Shown: in pieces, positions 26,586-35,246 of the stretch
Layout: each line of letters starts with the position of its first letter
Position numbering within the stretch: position 1 is the stretch's first letter
From: Candidatus Bathyarchaeota archaeon
GTDB taxonomy: Archaea > Thermoproteota > Bathyarchaeia > Bathyarchaeales > Bathycorpusculaceae
Reading direction: 5' to 3'
Assembly: GCA_030589055.1 (NCBI GenBank)
Contig: JAUUWK010000001.1
Span: 1-37,712, forward strand
DNA: 37,712 bases
Program-made: the position numbers and the translations under genes
The notes under the pieces: generated by a model
The model's input: the letters and a program-made list of their open reading frames with translations, nothing else
What the model was told of the DNA's origin: nothing
Databases searched by the model: none

Positions 26586-27662
26586 CTATTGTGTAACAGA
26601 GTGATACCAACTGATTATATACTCTGGTAGCTTCAGTCCCTTTTCAGCCAATCTTTCAGCTAATTTGACTGGCAAAGGGCTTAGAACGTATGCTGCTCTC
26701 ATGTAGAACCTTCTAGGTTGGCCTGGCTTGACTTCTTCTTCTAGCGTTATATGAAAGTCTGCCTTCTCGGCTAAAGTTGACTTCTTCGTTCCCGTGATTG
26801 CTAAGACAGTTCCGTTCAGCTTTTTGAAGACGTCACGCCAGATGATAACAGGTTTAGTTTCTCCCGAAAATGACACCAAAATCTCTAGATCTCCGGCTCT
26901 CGGATGCGGAGTGTTCACGCCTCTGGCTATATAGACGTTGTCTCCCAACAAATTTTTGATGTGAAAAAGTCTTACACCAGCCATTTTGACAATTTCGTTT
27001 GCTGTGCCCTTCCCACCTAGAAACACGCTAGTCCGTCTTTCCAGTATATCAACGATGTGAGCGTAGGTTTCTGACTCCACGCTCAAGTCAATTATGGGTC
27101 CCAGCTTAGTAAACTCTTCCTCACAGAGTTGAAACACTCCATCTGCCTCAAGATTCCGGAAGATTGCTTCAGTCATCATACACAAAAGAAGCAGGCTCTC
27201 CAGCTCAAAGATGTCACCCATGATGCCTGTCTCGCTGTATTCGAAGGAAGGCTTTAGTCTTCCTCGTCCTTTCAGCCTAACTACATGACCATGTTCTTGG
27301 ACTATCTTTGCTAGCGGAGAGTTTACGTTAGAGGTTAGGAGTCCCATAGAAAACTTTGAAGTTTTTTTGTCTTCGACATACCGTGCCAAATCTTGTGCCA
27401 TCGCTAGAGGATCATCAGAGAAGCCACTACCCGAGTTTATAAGGAGCAGAGTCTTTTTGTATCGTCTTTCCAGCTCGGTTGCTGCATCGTACATGTTCTT
27501 CCCGGGAAAGCCGGGGTCGTCCGGGGTCAACACAACCTTGTTTCTCCAACCTATCTGGCTCACAGCGATTTGACTCATCGCAGCGTTCAAAGAGAACAAT
27601 GACCTGCCTGATCCTCCGCAGACTACACAGTTTGCTGACTTCAGGTCTTCGTACAATGGCAA
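26586..27662 (-). CDS. Tandem SIS-domain sugar-phosphate isomerase-like protein
   Basis: 'VVCGGSGRSLF...LLLINSGSG' and a second 'FLGGKGTANEI...LVSFSGET' segment. Confidence 0.65.
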   Translation of the reverse strand: MPLYEDLKSANCVVCGGSGRSLFSLNAAMSQIAVSQIGWRNKVVLTPDDPGFPGKNMYDAATELERRYKKTLLLINSGSGFSDDPLAMAQDLARYVEDKKTSKFSMGLLTSNVNSPLAKIVQEHGHVVRLKGRGRLKPSFEYSETGIMGDIFELESLLLLCMMTEAIFRNLEADGVFQLCEEEFTKLGPIIDLSVESETYAHIVDILERRTSVFLGGKGTANEIVKMAGVRLFHIKNLLGDNVYIARGVNTPHPRAGDLEILVSFSGETKPVIIWRDVFKKLNGTVLAITGTKKSTLAEKADFHITLEEEVKPGQPRRFYMRAAYVLSPLPVKLAERLAEKGLKLPEYIISWYHSVTQ

Positions 27663-27810
27663 CAGTTTCCTTCTTTTTATGTTGAAAAGGTTATCTCTAA
27701 TCCTGTTAATGTACCCTACACGACTGATCTTGCTCCTAATTTCACTTACACCTCATTTAAGGATGAAGGTTAACCATTCTATATTTGCTTTGCGCGTGGA
27801 TTTTTCGGAG

Positions 27811-27824
27811 ACTCGCGCGCTTAC
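27811..27824 (-). repeat. (CG)n motif copy S5, ACTCGCGCGCTTAC (weaker copy)
   Basis: Its reverse complement GTAAGCGCGCGAGT resembles the reverse complements of S1 and S3. It is intergenic. Confidence 0.5.
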
Positions 27825-28009
27825 ATTAGCTTCCGATTTTTCAAGTTATCTGTCACACATTACCTTTTCTCAATTGGGGTTCGCTTTTAAACCTTATGAC
27901 TCTCACAGCGCACAGAAGTCATCCTGATTCTGATGTGGAATCCGAGTCTGAATCCACGATTCATAACCTATAGATAAGTAGCGCAACAAAGGGTCACTAC
28001 AAGATTTGT

Positions 28010-28630
28010 TTGGTGTTTCTGATGTCACTGAAGCTGAAGAAAATCATGGTAAAGAATGTCGTAACTGTGAACGCCAATGTTACTGTAAAGAAGGCGACTG
28101 AGATTATGAACAAACATGAAATTGGCTGTCTGGTTGTTGTTAGCGGTGGGAAACCTATAGGCATCGTGACTGAGAGAGACATGCTAAAAAGAATTATACA
28201 TGAGTTGAGGGAACCTGAAAAGACGAAGGTTATTGATATAATGTCAAAACCTTTGATTACAGCAGCGTCTAAAATGCGTGCAGGGGACGCTGCTAAACTT
28301 ATGTTTGAGCAAAAGATAAAGAAACTTCCAGTGGTTGAAAATGGAAGACTCGTTGGTTTGGTTACTTTAACGGATCTCATTCGTTCTCAAGAGGTGCTTA
28401 GTTTTCTAAACGGTTTCTCTACGAATGATGCACCCAGGCGCATGAAGAAGGTGGTCAACTTGTATTTTGACAGTGCAAAGCGCCATAGACGGAGATGTCC
28501 ACTCATAATGAAAGATGGCTTTTCAATGGGTTGTCAAGAAAAAAAGTGCATGTGGTGGCTTGGAGACGAATGCGCGATCACTAAGCTTTCTCGCCAAGTG
28601 CCCAACATGACAAGTGCGGTTCAAACATAA
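28010..28630 (+). CDS. CBS-pair protein with a Cys-rich C-terminal tail (the start may be internal)
   Basis: Two CBS modules ('IMVKNVVTV...IGCLVVV..GKPIGIVTERD' and 'IMSKPLITA...IKKLPVVENGRLVGLVTLTD') followed by 'RRCP...GC...KCMWWLGDEC'. Confidence 0.8.
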   Translation: MVFLMSLKLKKIMVKNVVTVNANVTVKKATEIMNKHEIGCLVVVSGGKPIGIVTERDMLKRIIHELREPEKTKVIDIMSKPLITAASKMRAGDAAKLMFEQKIKKLPVVENGRLVGLVTLTDLIRSQEVLSFLNGFSTNDAPRRMKKVVNLYFDSAKRHRRRCPLIMKDGFSMGCQEKKCMWWLGDECAITKLSRQVPNMTSAVQT

Positions 28631-28847
28631 TTTTCTCTTACTAAATGGTGTAGCTACATTGAACTCTGCAAAGAAATGAGGCAAAAGGAGAATAGCCTGC
28701 AGCAATCGCCTGCTTTGAAAATAGTACAGAATTGAAGTAAGTATTCTAAATCTAGAAGACGAGTAATCTATTCTGATTTTTCATAAGCTATAAATAGTGA
28801 AAAGGCTAAATCTACTTTTGCCGATTAGGGTTTAGGATGTTGATAAA

Positions 28848-29066
28848 ATGGTGAGTGAAGGTAGAGGGCGTTTGTTTCGTAGAAAGGATGGCAAGTACTT
28901 GATTTATTTGCCAGAGTACTTGGCTGAAGATAGCATGTTCCCGTTCAAAGATTTTGGCAGAGGCAGGAGAGGTGCAAGCGGTTCCATAGACGTAAAAGTG
29001 AGTTTCAAACCTGGCGGAGACGACAAGCTACTTATAGAAAAGTGGAAAGCACCAGAAAACCAGTAA
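28848..29066 (+). CDS. Small AbrB/SpoVT-like protein (tentative)
   Basis: 'GKYLIYLPEYLAEDSMFPF...IDVKVSF..GGDDKLLIEKW' resembles a swapped-hairpin barrel pattern. Confidence 0.35.
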   Translation: MVSEGRGRLFRRKDGKYLIYLPEYLAEDSMFPFKDFGRGRRGASGSIDVKVSFKPGGDDKLLIEKWKAPENQ

Positions 29067-29464
29067 AGTCGAATCATTGTTAACCAAATAACGGGCGCAT
29101 GAAACACGTCTAGAAGGCTGAATTCTACTGTATGTTTCCTTCGGCATATTTGCTATTCTTTAAAATGCAGTTAACCAATATGCATTGGGTTCCTGTATTC
29201 TCGATTTTGTTCCCGCTAACGTTGTATTCTTGAAAAGATACGGTTCAGTAAAGTGGTTGCTGGTAAAGTGAATCTATCGAAGCAGTTTCTTTCAGGATCT
29301 AGATATGTGGAATGAGCAGGTACAAGTCGTGGCACATTATGGTGGTGAATAGGCAAAGAGAAGCAGTCAAAATTAGGGGCGAAATCTAGTGCTTAACTAT
29401 AGCACACGTGTAGGGGTGGAAAGTATTAAGAGGTTGAGAGTAAGATAACGCACTCGGGTATACT

Positions 29465-30040
29465 ATGAAACTTCACGTTTCCATATTCAGGCATGGCGAA
29501 ACCTATTATAATAAGAGTAAGAGATTTACCGGGTGGATCAATTCAGGGTTGACACCTAGAGGAATCAGCCACGTCAAAGCAATAGCCGAGAAATTAAGAA
29601 AGAAGACTTTTCAAATAGCATTCAAAACAAGCCTTTCTCGTTCATCGGATACGCTGAAAATAGTTCTAAAGTATCATCCCGAATGCAAGAGAGTTGTCGT
29701 TGATGATAGAATGATAGAAAGATCTTATGGGGATCTTCAGAGGAGATTTCACAAAACTGTAATTAAACAATACGGTAAAAGGCAGTTCCACATTTGGCAC
29801 AGATCCTATGATGTCCCTCCTCCTGGAGGTGAATCAATCAGAATGGTCGAGAAAAGAGTTCTATCCTTTATAGATGATTTAATCATCCTTATGAAAAAGG
29901 AAAGAGTCAATGTTGCAGTATCTGCTCATGGAAATTCGATGAGACCGTTTAGAAGGTATTTTGAAAATCTAACCATAAAAGAAATGATGAAACTAGAAAA
30001 TCCCTACGACAAATATTTTGAATATGTTGTTGGATTCTAA
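29465..30040 (+). CDS. Histidine phosphatase (phosphoglycerate mutase superfamily)
   Basis: An 'RHGETYYN' catalytic RHG motif, 'ERSYGDL' and 'VSAHGNSMR'. Confidence 0.8.
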   Translation: MKLHVSIFRHGETYYNKSKRFTGWINSGLTPRGISHVKAIAEKLRKKTFQIAFKTSLSRSSDTLKIVLKYHPECKRVVVDDRMIERSYGDLQRRFHKTVIKQYGKRQFHIWHRSYDVPPPGGESIRMVEKRVLSFIDDLIILMKKERVNVAVSAHGNSMRPFRRYFENLTIKEMMKLENPYDKYFEYVVGF

Positions 30041-30099
30041 TTTCCACTGCACGCGTTTTACGCCAAATATTAATAGTTCACGGAGTACGATAAAATGTT

Positions 30100-30627
30100 A
30101 TGGTAGAATACGAATACTTCTGCATCTATGGATTTCGTACAGTTTATCCCGTTACTTGGAAAGTAGAGCTTGATCCAAAGTCGGAACGAAGTGAAGGGAA
30201 CGTTACCATCAAATCTCCTGAAAAAGCGAATATTGTTGTAAGTTGGGGACTACTTGAAAAGGCAAAGAAAAGGTATTCCTTCCTGAAAGAACATGCTAAG
30301 GACTCTATTAACAGAATAAAAAAGGAGTCAAAGATTAAAAAAGTTGAGTTAGTTCAGACTAAGGATATTCAAGTAAACTCACACAAAGCTATATTCTCTC
30401 ACATTAGAATAATCTTCTCCATGCCCAAACTATTGCCTTTTGGAAAGGCAAAAACATACGAGCAGGAAGTCTATAGTTTGCACTTCTATTGCGAACCTTC
30501 TAAGCGATACTTCGTGGTATATGGCGTAACAACATCTGATAAATCTGTACAACAAGGGCGCATCTTCAAGAATATTATACAATCTTTCATTTGCCATAAG
30601 GCGAAGGCGAGTCCTACTAATAAATAA
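30100..30627 (+). CDS. Hypothetical protein
   Basis: A 175-aa ORF with no recognisable motifs. Confidence 0.35.
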   Translation: MVEYEYFCIYGFRTVYPVTWKVELDPKSERSEGNVTIKSPEKANIVVSWGLLEKAKKRYSFLKEHAKDSINRIKKESKIKKVELVQTKDIQVNSHKAIFSHIRIIFSMPKLLPFGKAKTYEQEVYSLHFYCEPSKRYFVVYGVTTSDKSVQQGRIFKNIIQSFICHKAKASPTNK

Positions 30628-30727
30628 CGACATGTTGCGTTCGCACACTTGTTTGTCTCACAGTCTTCTGGATAAGTGTAGATATTGATTTTCATTTTTT
30701 ATTTCTAATGCATAAGGTTTTTCTGAG

Positions 30728-30747
30728 ATGTTGGAAGCGCGCGCGCC
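30728..30747 (+). repeat. (CG)n motif copy S6, ATGTTGGAAGCGCGCGCGCC
   Basis: Matches S4 at 18 of 19 nt. It lies 10 nt upstream of an orphan membrane-anchor fragment. Confidence 0.8.
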
Positions 30748-30756
30748 ATAACAAAC

Positions 30757-31014
30757 ATGACTCGAGTATACTACCTCTTCTTAATATCCTATCCAAACTA
30801 CAGCGGCTACAGAATAGAACATGACCCATTGTACACTGTCTACTTTGCCCCAACCACTGAAGCTGGACCTAACCTCGGCGACCTTGTATTGATCGCGGCA
30901 ATAGCAAGCATAATAATCGTAGCGGCGGTTGTCATTCTACGGAGAAAAAACACAAAGAAAACATCTCAAACACTAACAAATCAATCCTTACCGCCACCAC
31001 CCTCAACAACCTAG
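30757..31014 (+). pseudogene. Orphan C-terminal fragment of a membrane-anchored extracellular protein
   Basis: 'YRIEHDPLYTVYFAPTTEAGPNLGDLVLIAAIASIIIVAAVVILRRKNTKK' is a terminal strand, a TM anchor and a basic tail. There is no signal peptide or ectodomain. The frame is open back through motif S6. Confidence 0.5.
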
Positions 31015-31205
31015 CATCCATTTTTTGCCAAGCATCGACAAGCCTGTACGCACTTCGATGGTTCCTTGGCACTTGTCTATTACCTAGGTTTAAACTTTAG
31101 ATGTTGTTTTGGCATAATCGAGCTTTTGTGGAACGCAATGTTTCCTCTATAATTGGTTTTTTGCCTTGGATGGTAACTGTAAGGTTCGGCTTGGTAACTG
31201 GAAAA

Positions 31206-31889
31206 TTATAGAATTAGCGGGTATATCTCCTTTGTCACGTATTCCAGATACTTTTCTTTGTCTGTCAAATCGAATATTGTTACTGAGGTGTCTCTTGTAA
31301 CACCGACTACGTAGCCGTATTCCTTGGATCTCGCAACAACATACCACAAGTCACCGTGCTTACAATAGTCCTCGAAAACTGAAGTGTTTATCAAGTCTGG
31401 TCCATAAAGCGAAAGCTTATTCACATTGGGAATATCGACATTGTCGAAAAACGTGATTTTCGTATCCTGTCGATTCTTCAAGTGGAATTCCATTAAAGTT
31501 TCAGGTGAGATTCTAGCTTCCAGTATGTCGCCCACTTTTTCGAAGAGAATTTTGCTCAGTTTGTTTGCCATGAAATTAGCTAAACGTTTCTTCTCTACTA
31601 TAGTCAAAAACGTTGCACCATCATGTTCAGCGAAGCTGAAGAGAGCTTCAACAGTTCGTGGCAATGGCATAACTTTGCCTCTGTGAAAAACGTTAATTAT
31701 GTGATCATGAGAATAGACTCCCCTAAGCATGTTGTCCTTTGCTAGAAGACCCACAACCTCCGTTACAAGAGTATACTTGTAATCACCTTCCTCATAAGGC
31801 TCTTCAACGAGATGTCCTTCAAGCCTCGACCCAGTTTCAGCCAGCGAAAGCGATTCAACAAGCCTAAAGACCTTTCCAGCAACAACCAT
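31206..31889 (-). CDS. Hypothetical protein (227 aa)
   Basis: A long ORF with normal composition and no recognisable family. It lies downstream of 31923..32384 on the same strand. Confidence 0.5.
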   Translation of the reverse strand: MVVAGKVFRLVESLSLAETGSRLEGHLVEEPYEEGDYKYTLVTEVVGLLAKDNMLRGVYSHDHIINVFHRGKVMPLPRTVEALFSFAEHDGATFLTIVEKKRLANFMANKLSKILFEKVGDILEARISPETLMEFHLKNRQDTKITFFDNVDIPNVNKLSLYGPDLINTSVFEDYCKHGDLWYVVARSKEYGYVVGVTRDTSVTIFDLTDKEKYLEYVTKEIYPLIL

Positions 31890-31922
31890 AAGCTCAACAC
31901 CTAGCCTTTTAGTATGCAGTAT

Positions 31923-32384
31923 TCACTTAAGAAATTTAAGTTTCATTTTCTTCTCAGCCGTTTTCCCGTTCATCCCCTCTGTGTCTCTGTTCATTTTCAA
32001 CCATAGAGAATCATCTTTCCACAATGTAAACTCGTCTTTTCTAGCTCTTTCATGAGCTTCATCTCTTTCAAATCCTTTAGCTCGGTAATATGGTTCTTTG
32101 AGTTCATGGAAAATTACGTACTTCGTGTAGGGCTTCCACTTTTCACAAATCCAAATTTCCCTAAGAGGAATGCACAGTTCACTTGCGGCGTTAGTCGTAA
32201 TCAACTCGTTTTCGCATACGATGTTGTAAGTTGCATTGTAATCGTCTGAAACTCCGTGCGGAGCATAAATAATTTTGCAGAGATATTCACTCGGCAACTT
32301 TTCTGTTTCTTCATGTAGATTCTCTACAGATTTCATGCAACTCCTATCCTTAAATGGAAATGTGCAGCAACGCTTTTTAAACAT
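31923..32384 (-). CDS. Hypothetical protein (153 aa, or about 137 aa from the second Met)
   Basis: The N-terminus is Cys-rich. 'YVIFHELKEPYYRAKGFERDEAHERA' is present but is not a canonical HExxH. It is divergent from the SMC-like operon. Confidence 0.45.
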   Translation of the reverse strand: MFKKRCCTFPFKDRSCMKSVENLHEETEKLPSEYLCKIIYAPHGVSDDYNATYNIVCENELITTNAASELCIPLREIWICEKWKPYTKYVIFHELKEPYYRAKGFERDEAHERARKDEFTLWKDDSLWLKMNRDTEGMNGKTAEKKMKLKFLK

Positions 32385-32454
32385 GAACTCAGCCTAATTG
32401 TTTTAATAAGAGACTTTTGACTCTATTACTACGCTAAAAGAGGTTGCTTCTCCA

Positions 32455-34419
32455 ATGCTGATTCAAGAGGTAATCCTGGAAAACTTTATGAGTTACGAAT
32501 ATGCTAGGGTACCCTTCAAATCAGGCGTAAACGTTATCTGTGGACCCAACGGTTCGGGGAAATCTTCACTTTTATTAGCTATTTCTGTGGCATTGGGGCA
32601 GTCTTACACTGAGCGATCTAGAAAGTTGAGCGATCTGATACGGTGGGGAAGAGATCAAGCCCGTGTGACGCTGGTTCTAGACAACACTAAGATTGGTAAA
32701 CGTAGACCTGTTCCCAAATTTAAGAAAGACCAAATTTTCCTTACACGTGCTCTGCGGAAGGATGGCAAATACTGGTTTGCGCTTGAAAACAGGGCAGCCA
32801 CAAAAGCTGAAGTTGAAAGGCTTCTAGCTAGGCTCGGCGTCGACCCTGATAACATGCTTATTATTATGCATCAGAACATGGTTGAACAGTTTACCGTGCT
32901 TTCTCCACAGGAAAAGTTGCGAATGGTTGAGGCTGCCGTTGGGCTTGAATCCTATCGCCAAAACGTGCTGAAGGCACGGAAGAAGCTGACACGCATATCA
33001 AGTCAAGAGAGTTCAATAAGTGAGCTTCTGGAATCAGCCGAACAGACGCTTAACTACTGGAGGGAACAGTATGACCGGTACCAAGAGAAAAAGCAACTAC
33101 TGACTAAACGGAGATTCTTGGAAAGGGAACTCGCTTGGGCAGGAGCGACAAGAAGAGAAAACATAGTTAAAGAATTAGAAGCAAACACGAAAAAACAACA
33201 GAATGTTCTAAATCAGATTGAAGACGAAACCAAAGAGATAGTAGGTCAACTTCAAATTCAGCAAAACCAGCTCGAAAAGATAAAGGATGAATGGAAAAAG
33301 CTTTTTGACGACCGTCTAAGCCTTGAACGTGAAAAAGCCAAAGGCGATTCGACAATCTCCCTGTGCGAACAGCTGCTGAAAGAAACGGCAATACTAGAGA
33401 ATGCTATTCGAAGCGGAAATCCTTCTCCCTTAGTAAGTCAAAGCTTTGAGAAAACTGTTTCAAATCGTTTTAAGCTCCTACGAAGTGAAAACCTGAAGGA
33501 GATAATACAGAACTTTGATCAGCAACTTTCAAAACTGAACACCAAAATAACGGAAAACAAAAAGGGAATGGAAAGCCTAGAAGAGAACGTTGAAAAGGTT
33601 AGCACTCACGCTTTGGACAGCAGAATTAAGTTAGCGTTGCTTCAGTACCGTGAAGAAAACGTAGAAGCTGAACTTGAAAGATTGAAAAGGGAACTGAGAG
33701 AGGCAAAAACCTACTTGGATGAAGCACTAAGAAAAGCGGAGCAGATAGGACTCCGAATCGCCGTGATAAAAAGTGTTAGTGAGATTCTTGACGAGATTAG
33801 AGTTACAGACGGGCATTTAGCTGCCCTTTCTGATGTTTCCGAAGATATAGAACGAATGTATGAATCTTATTCGAAGCTTTACTTAGAGCTGAAGGAGAAG
33901 GCAAGACTTGTTGCTGAAAACCGTGAAAAGACACTGGAAGAAATCAAAGCGAGAATGCAGGCTTGGCGAACAGTGATCCAAAGCCTCCTAGACCGCGTGA
34001 ACCTACAATATCAAAAGATTCTCACGCAAGCCCAAGCCCTTGGAGAGGTCAGACTTGTCAATGGACAAGATATAGAGGCTGCTGGACTTGGAATTCTCGT
34101 AGGTTTCAAGGGCAGCAAACCAGTTCCACTTAATGGTTACACGCAAAGCGGTGGAGAAAGAACAACAGCAACCATAAGCTTTCTGCTGGCTTTGCAGCAA
34201 CATGTTCGTTCACCTTTCCGCGCTGTTGACGAATACGATATCCACATGGACCCGAAAAACCGTGAAATAATCGCAAAGATGCTCGTTTCAACAGTTAAAG
34301 ACGCAAACGCTCAATACATTGTTCTTACGCCCAGCCAGATAACATTCACAAAAGAAGAAGTAAACATAATCACAGTGCAAAACATCGAAGGAAAATCAAT
34401 AATCAGAGGGATTGCCTAA
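32455..34419 (+). CDS. Short SMC-family ABC ATPase with Smc5/6-like head motifs and no hinge
   Basis: The N-terminus reads 'LENFMSYEYARVPFKSGVNVICGPNGSGKSSLLLAISVALGQ' (Walker A). About 330 aa of heptad-rich sequence are interrupted by 'SGNPSPLVSQSF'. The C-terminal head reads 'QSGGERTTATISFLLALQQHVRSPFRAVDEYDIHMDPKNREII' (signature motif, Walker B and D-loop). Confidence 0.85.
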   Translation: MLIQEVILENFMSYEYARVPFKSGVNVICGPNGSGKSSLLLAISVALGQSYTERSRKLSDLIRWGRDQARVTLVLDNTKIGKRRPVPKFKKDQIFLTRALRKDGKYWFALENRAATKAEVERLLARLGVDPDNMLIIMHQNMVEQFTVLSPQEKLRMVEAAVGLESYRQNVLKARKKLTRISSQESSISELLESAEQTLNYWREQYDRYQEKKQLLTKRRFLERELAWAGATRRENIVKELEANTKKQQNVLNQIEDETKEIVGQLQIQQNQLEKIKDEWKKLFDDRLSLEREKAKGDSTISLCEQLLKETAILENAIRSGNPSPLVSQSFEKTVSNRFKLLRSENLKEIIQNFDQQLSKLNTKITENKKGMESLEENVEKVSTHALDSRIKLALLQYREENVEAELERLKRELREAKTYLDEALRKAEQIGLRIAVIKSVSEILDEIRVTDGHLAALSDVSEDIERMYESYSKLYLELKEKARLVAENREKTLEEIKARMQAWRTVIQSLLDRVNLQYQKILTQAQALGEVRLVNGQDIEAAGLGILVGFKGSKPVPLNGYTQSGGERTTATISFLLALQQHVRSPFRAVDEYDIHMDPKNREIIAKMLVSTVKDANAQYIVLTPSQITFTKEEVNIITVQNIEGKSIIRGIA

Positions 34420-35246
34420 TGCAGTCTAAAAGAACTCGGATAAAACTTGGCAGGCAAAAACTTGAAAGAATAATCGAGACGTGCAAATCTGTAGAGGAAC
34501 GTTCCCTCGACCCATTCCTGTTAGATGTTGACGAAGTCATAAGTGTAATCAAAGAGTATTTTCCAGAATGGGAACTGCCAGAAGACTTGTGCTTAGATGC
34601 TGAAACTATCCATCACATAGCTTCTGTCATAAAGCTTCAAAGCGAGTGGGTTAAACATCGTTCCACATCACTTTATACAGATCCATTTCTTTTTGAGGAG
34701 AAACTTACGCGAATAAGCAAAGAAGAGATTGTTGAGATTTTCCTGAAGGCTTGGCATCCAACGGTTGAATTAGAACAGATTTCGCTTCACAGTTTAGCGG
34801 AGGCAATCAAGTATTGGAAAAGCTTGTTGCCGTTAAATGCAAGGTGGAAAGAATTTTTCCCTGAGAAAATTGAAGCCGGTCTTGCAACAAGAGAAGAGCT
34901 GATAAAGCAGAGAGTCTTAGGAGAGAAAGCGTTCTCAGAGGAACTTGAGGACTCTTGGCTGAAATTAAAGAGGAAGGTTGAAGAGAGGGGTGAAGACGGC
35001 AAAATTCGATACTGGGATTTCATTGGTGCAGAAACTTATGAGGAAACCGTGCATAAAGCCTTCATGATAAGTTTCTTGGTCACATATGGCTATGCAACTT
35101 TGGAAATTTATCCATTGGAGGAGGAGATTTTCATTAAACCATACGAAGAGCTATTGACCAAAATCGGAGAAAAACAGTTGGTTTCAATACCTATAGCTAT
35201 CACAGCAGAAGACTGGATGAAATGGAAACGAGGCGAGCTACAGTGA
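34419..35246 (+). CDS. Kleisin-like protein (ScpA/Nse4-like)
   Basis: An N-terminal helical segment 'SLDPFLLDVDEVISVIKEYF'. A C-terminal winged-helix-like 'YEETVHKAFMISFLVTYGYATLEIYPLEEEIFIKP' resembles the kleisin cap-binding WHD. Its ATG overlaps the SMC stop (TAATG). Confidence 0.6.
   Translation: MQSKRTRIKLGRQKLERIIETCKSVEERSLDPFLLDVDEVISVIKEYFPEWELPEDLCLDAETIHHIASVIKLQSEWVKHRSTSLYTDPFLFEEKLTRISKEEIVEIFLKAWHPTVELEQISLHSLAEAIKYWKSLLPLNARWKEFFPEKIEAGLATREELIKQRVLGEKAFSEELEDSWLKLKRKVEERGEDGKIRYWDFIGAETYEETVHKAFMISFLVTYGYATLEIYPLEEEIFIKPYEELLTKIGEKQLVSIPIAITAEDWMKWKRGELQ

Noticed and set aside
27679-27927. An 82-aa ORF in the SIS/CBS intergenic region that spans motif S5.
   Set aside because: Its translation is Leu/Ser-rich and low in complexity, with no motifs and no start context. 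I treated the region as non-coding DNA carrying the S5 motif.
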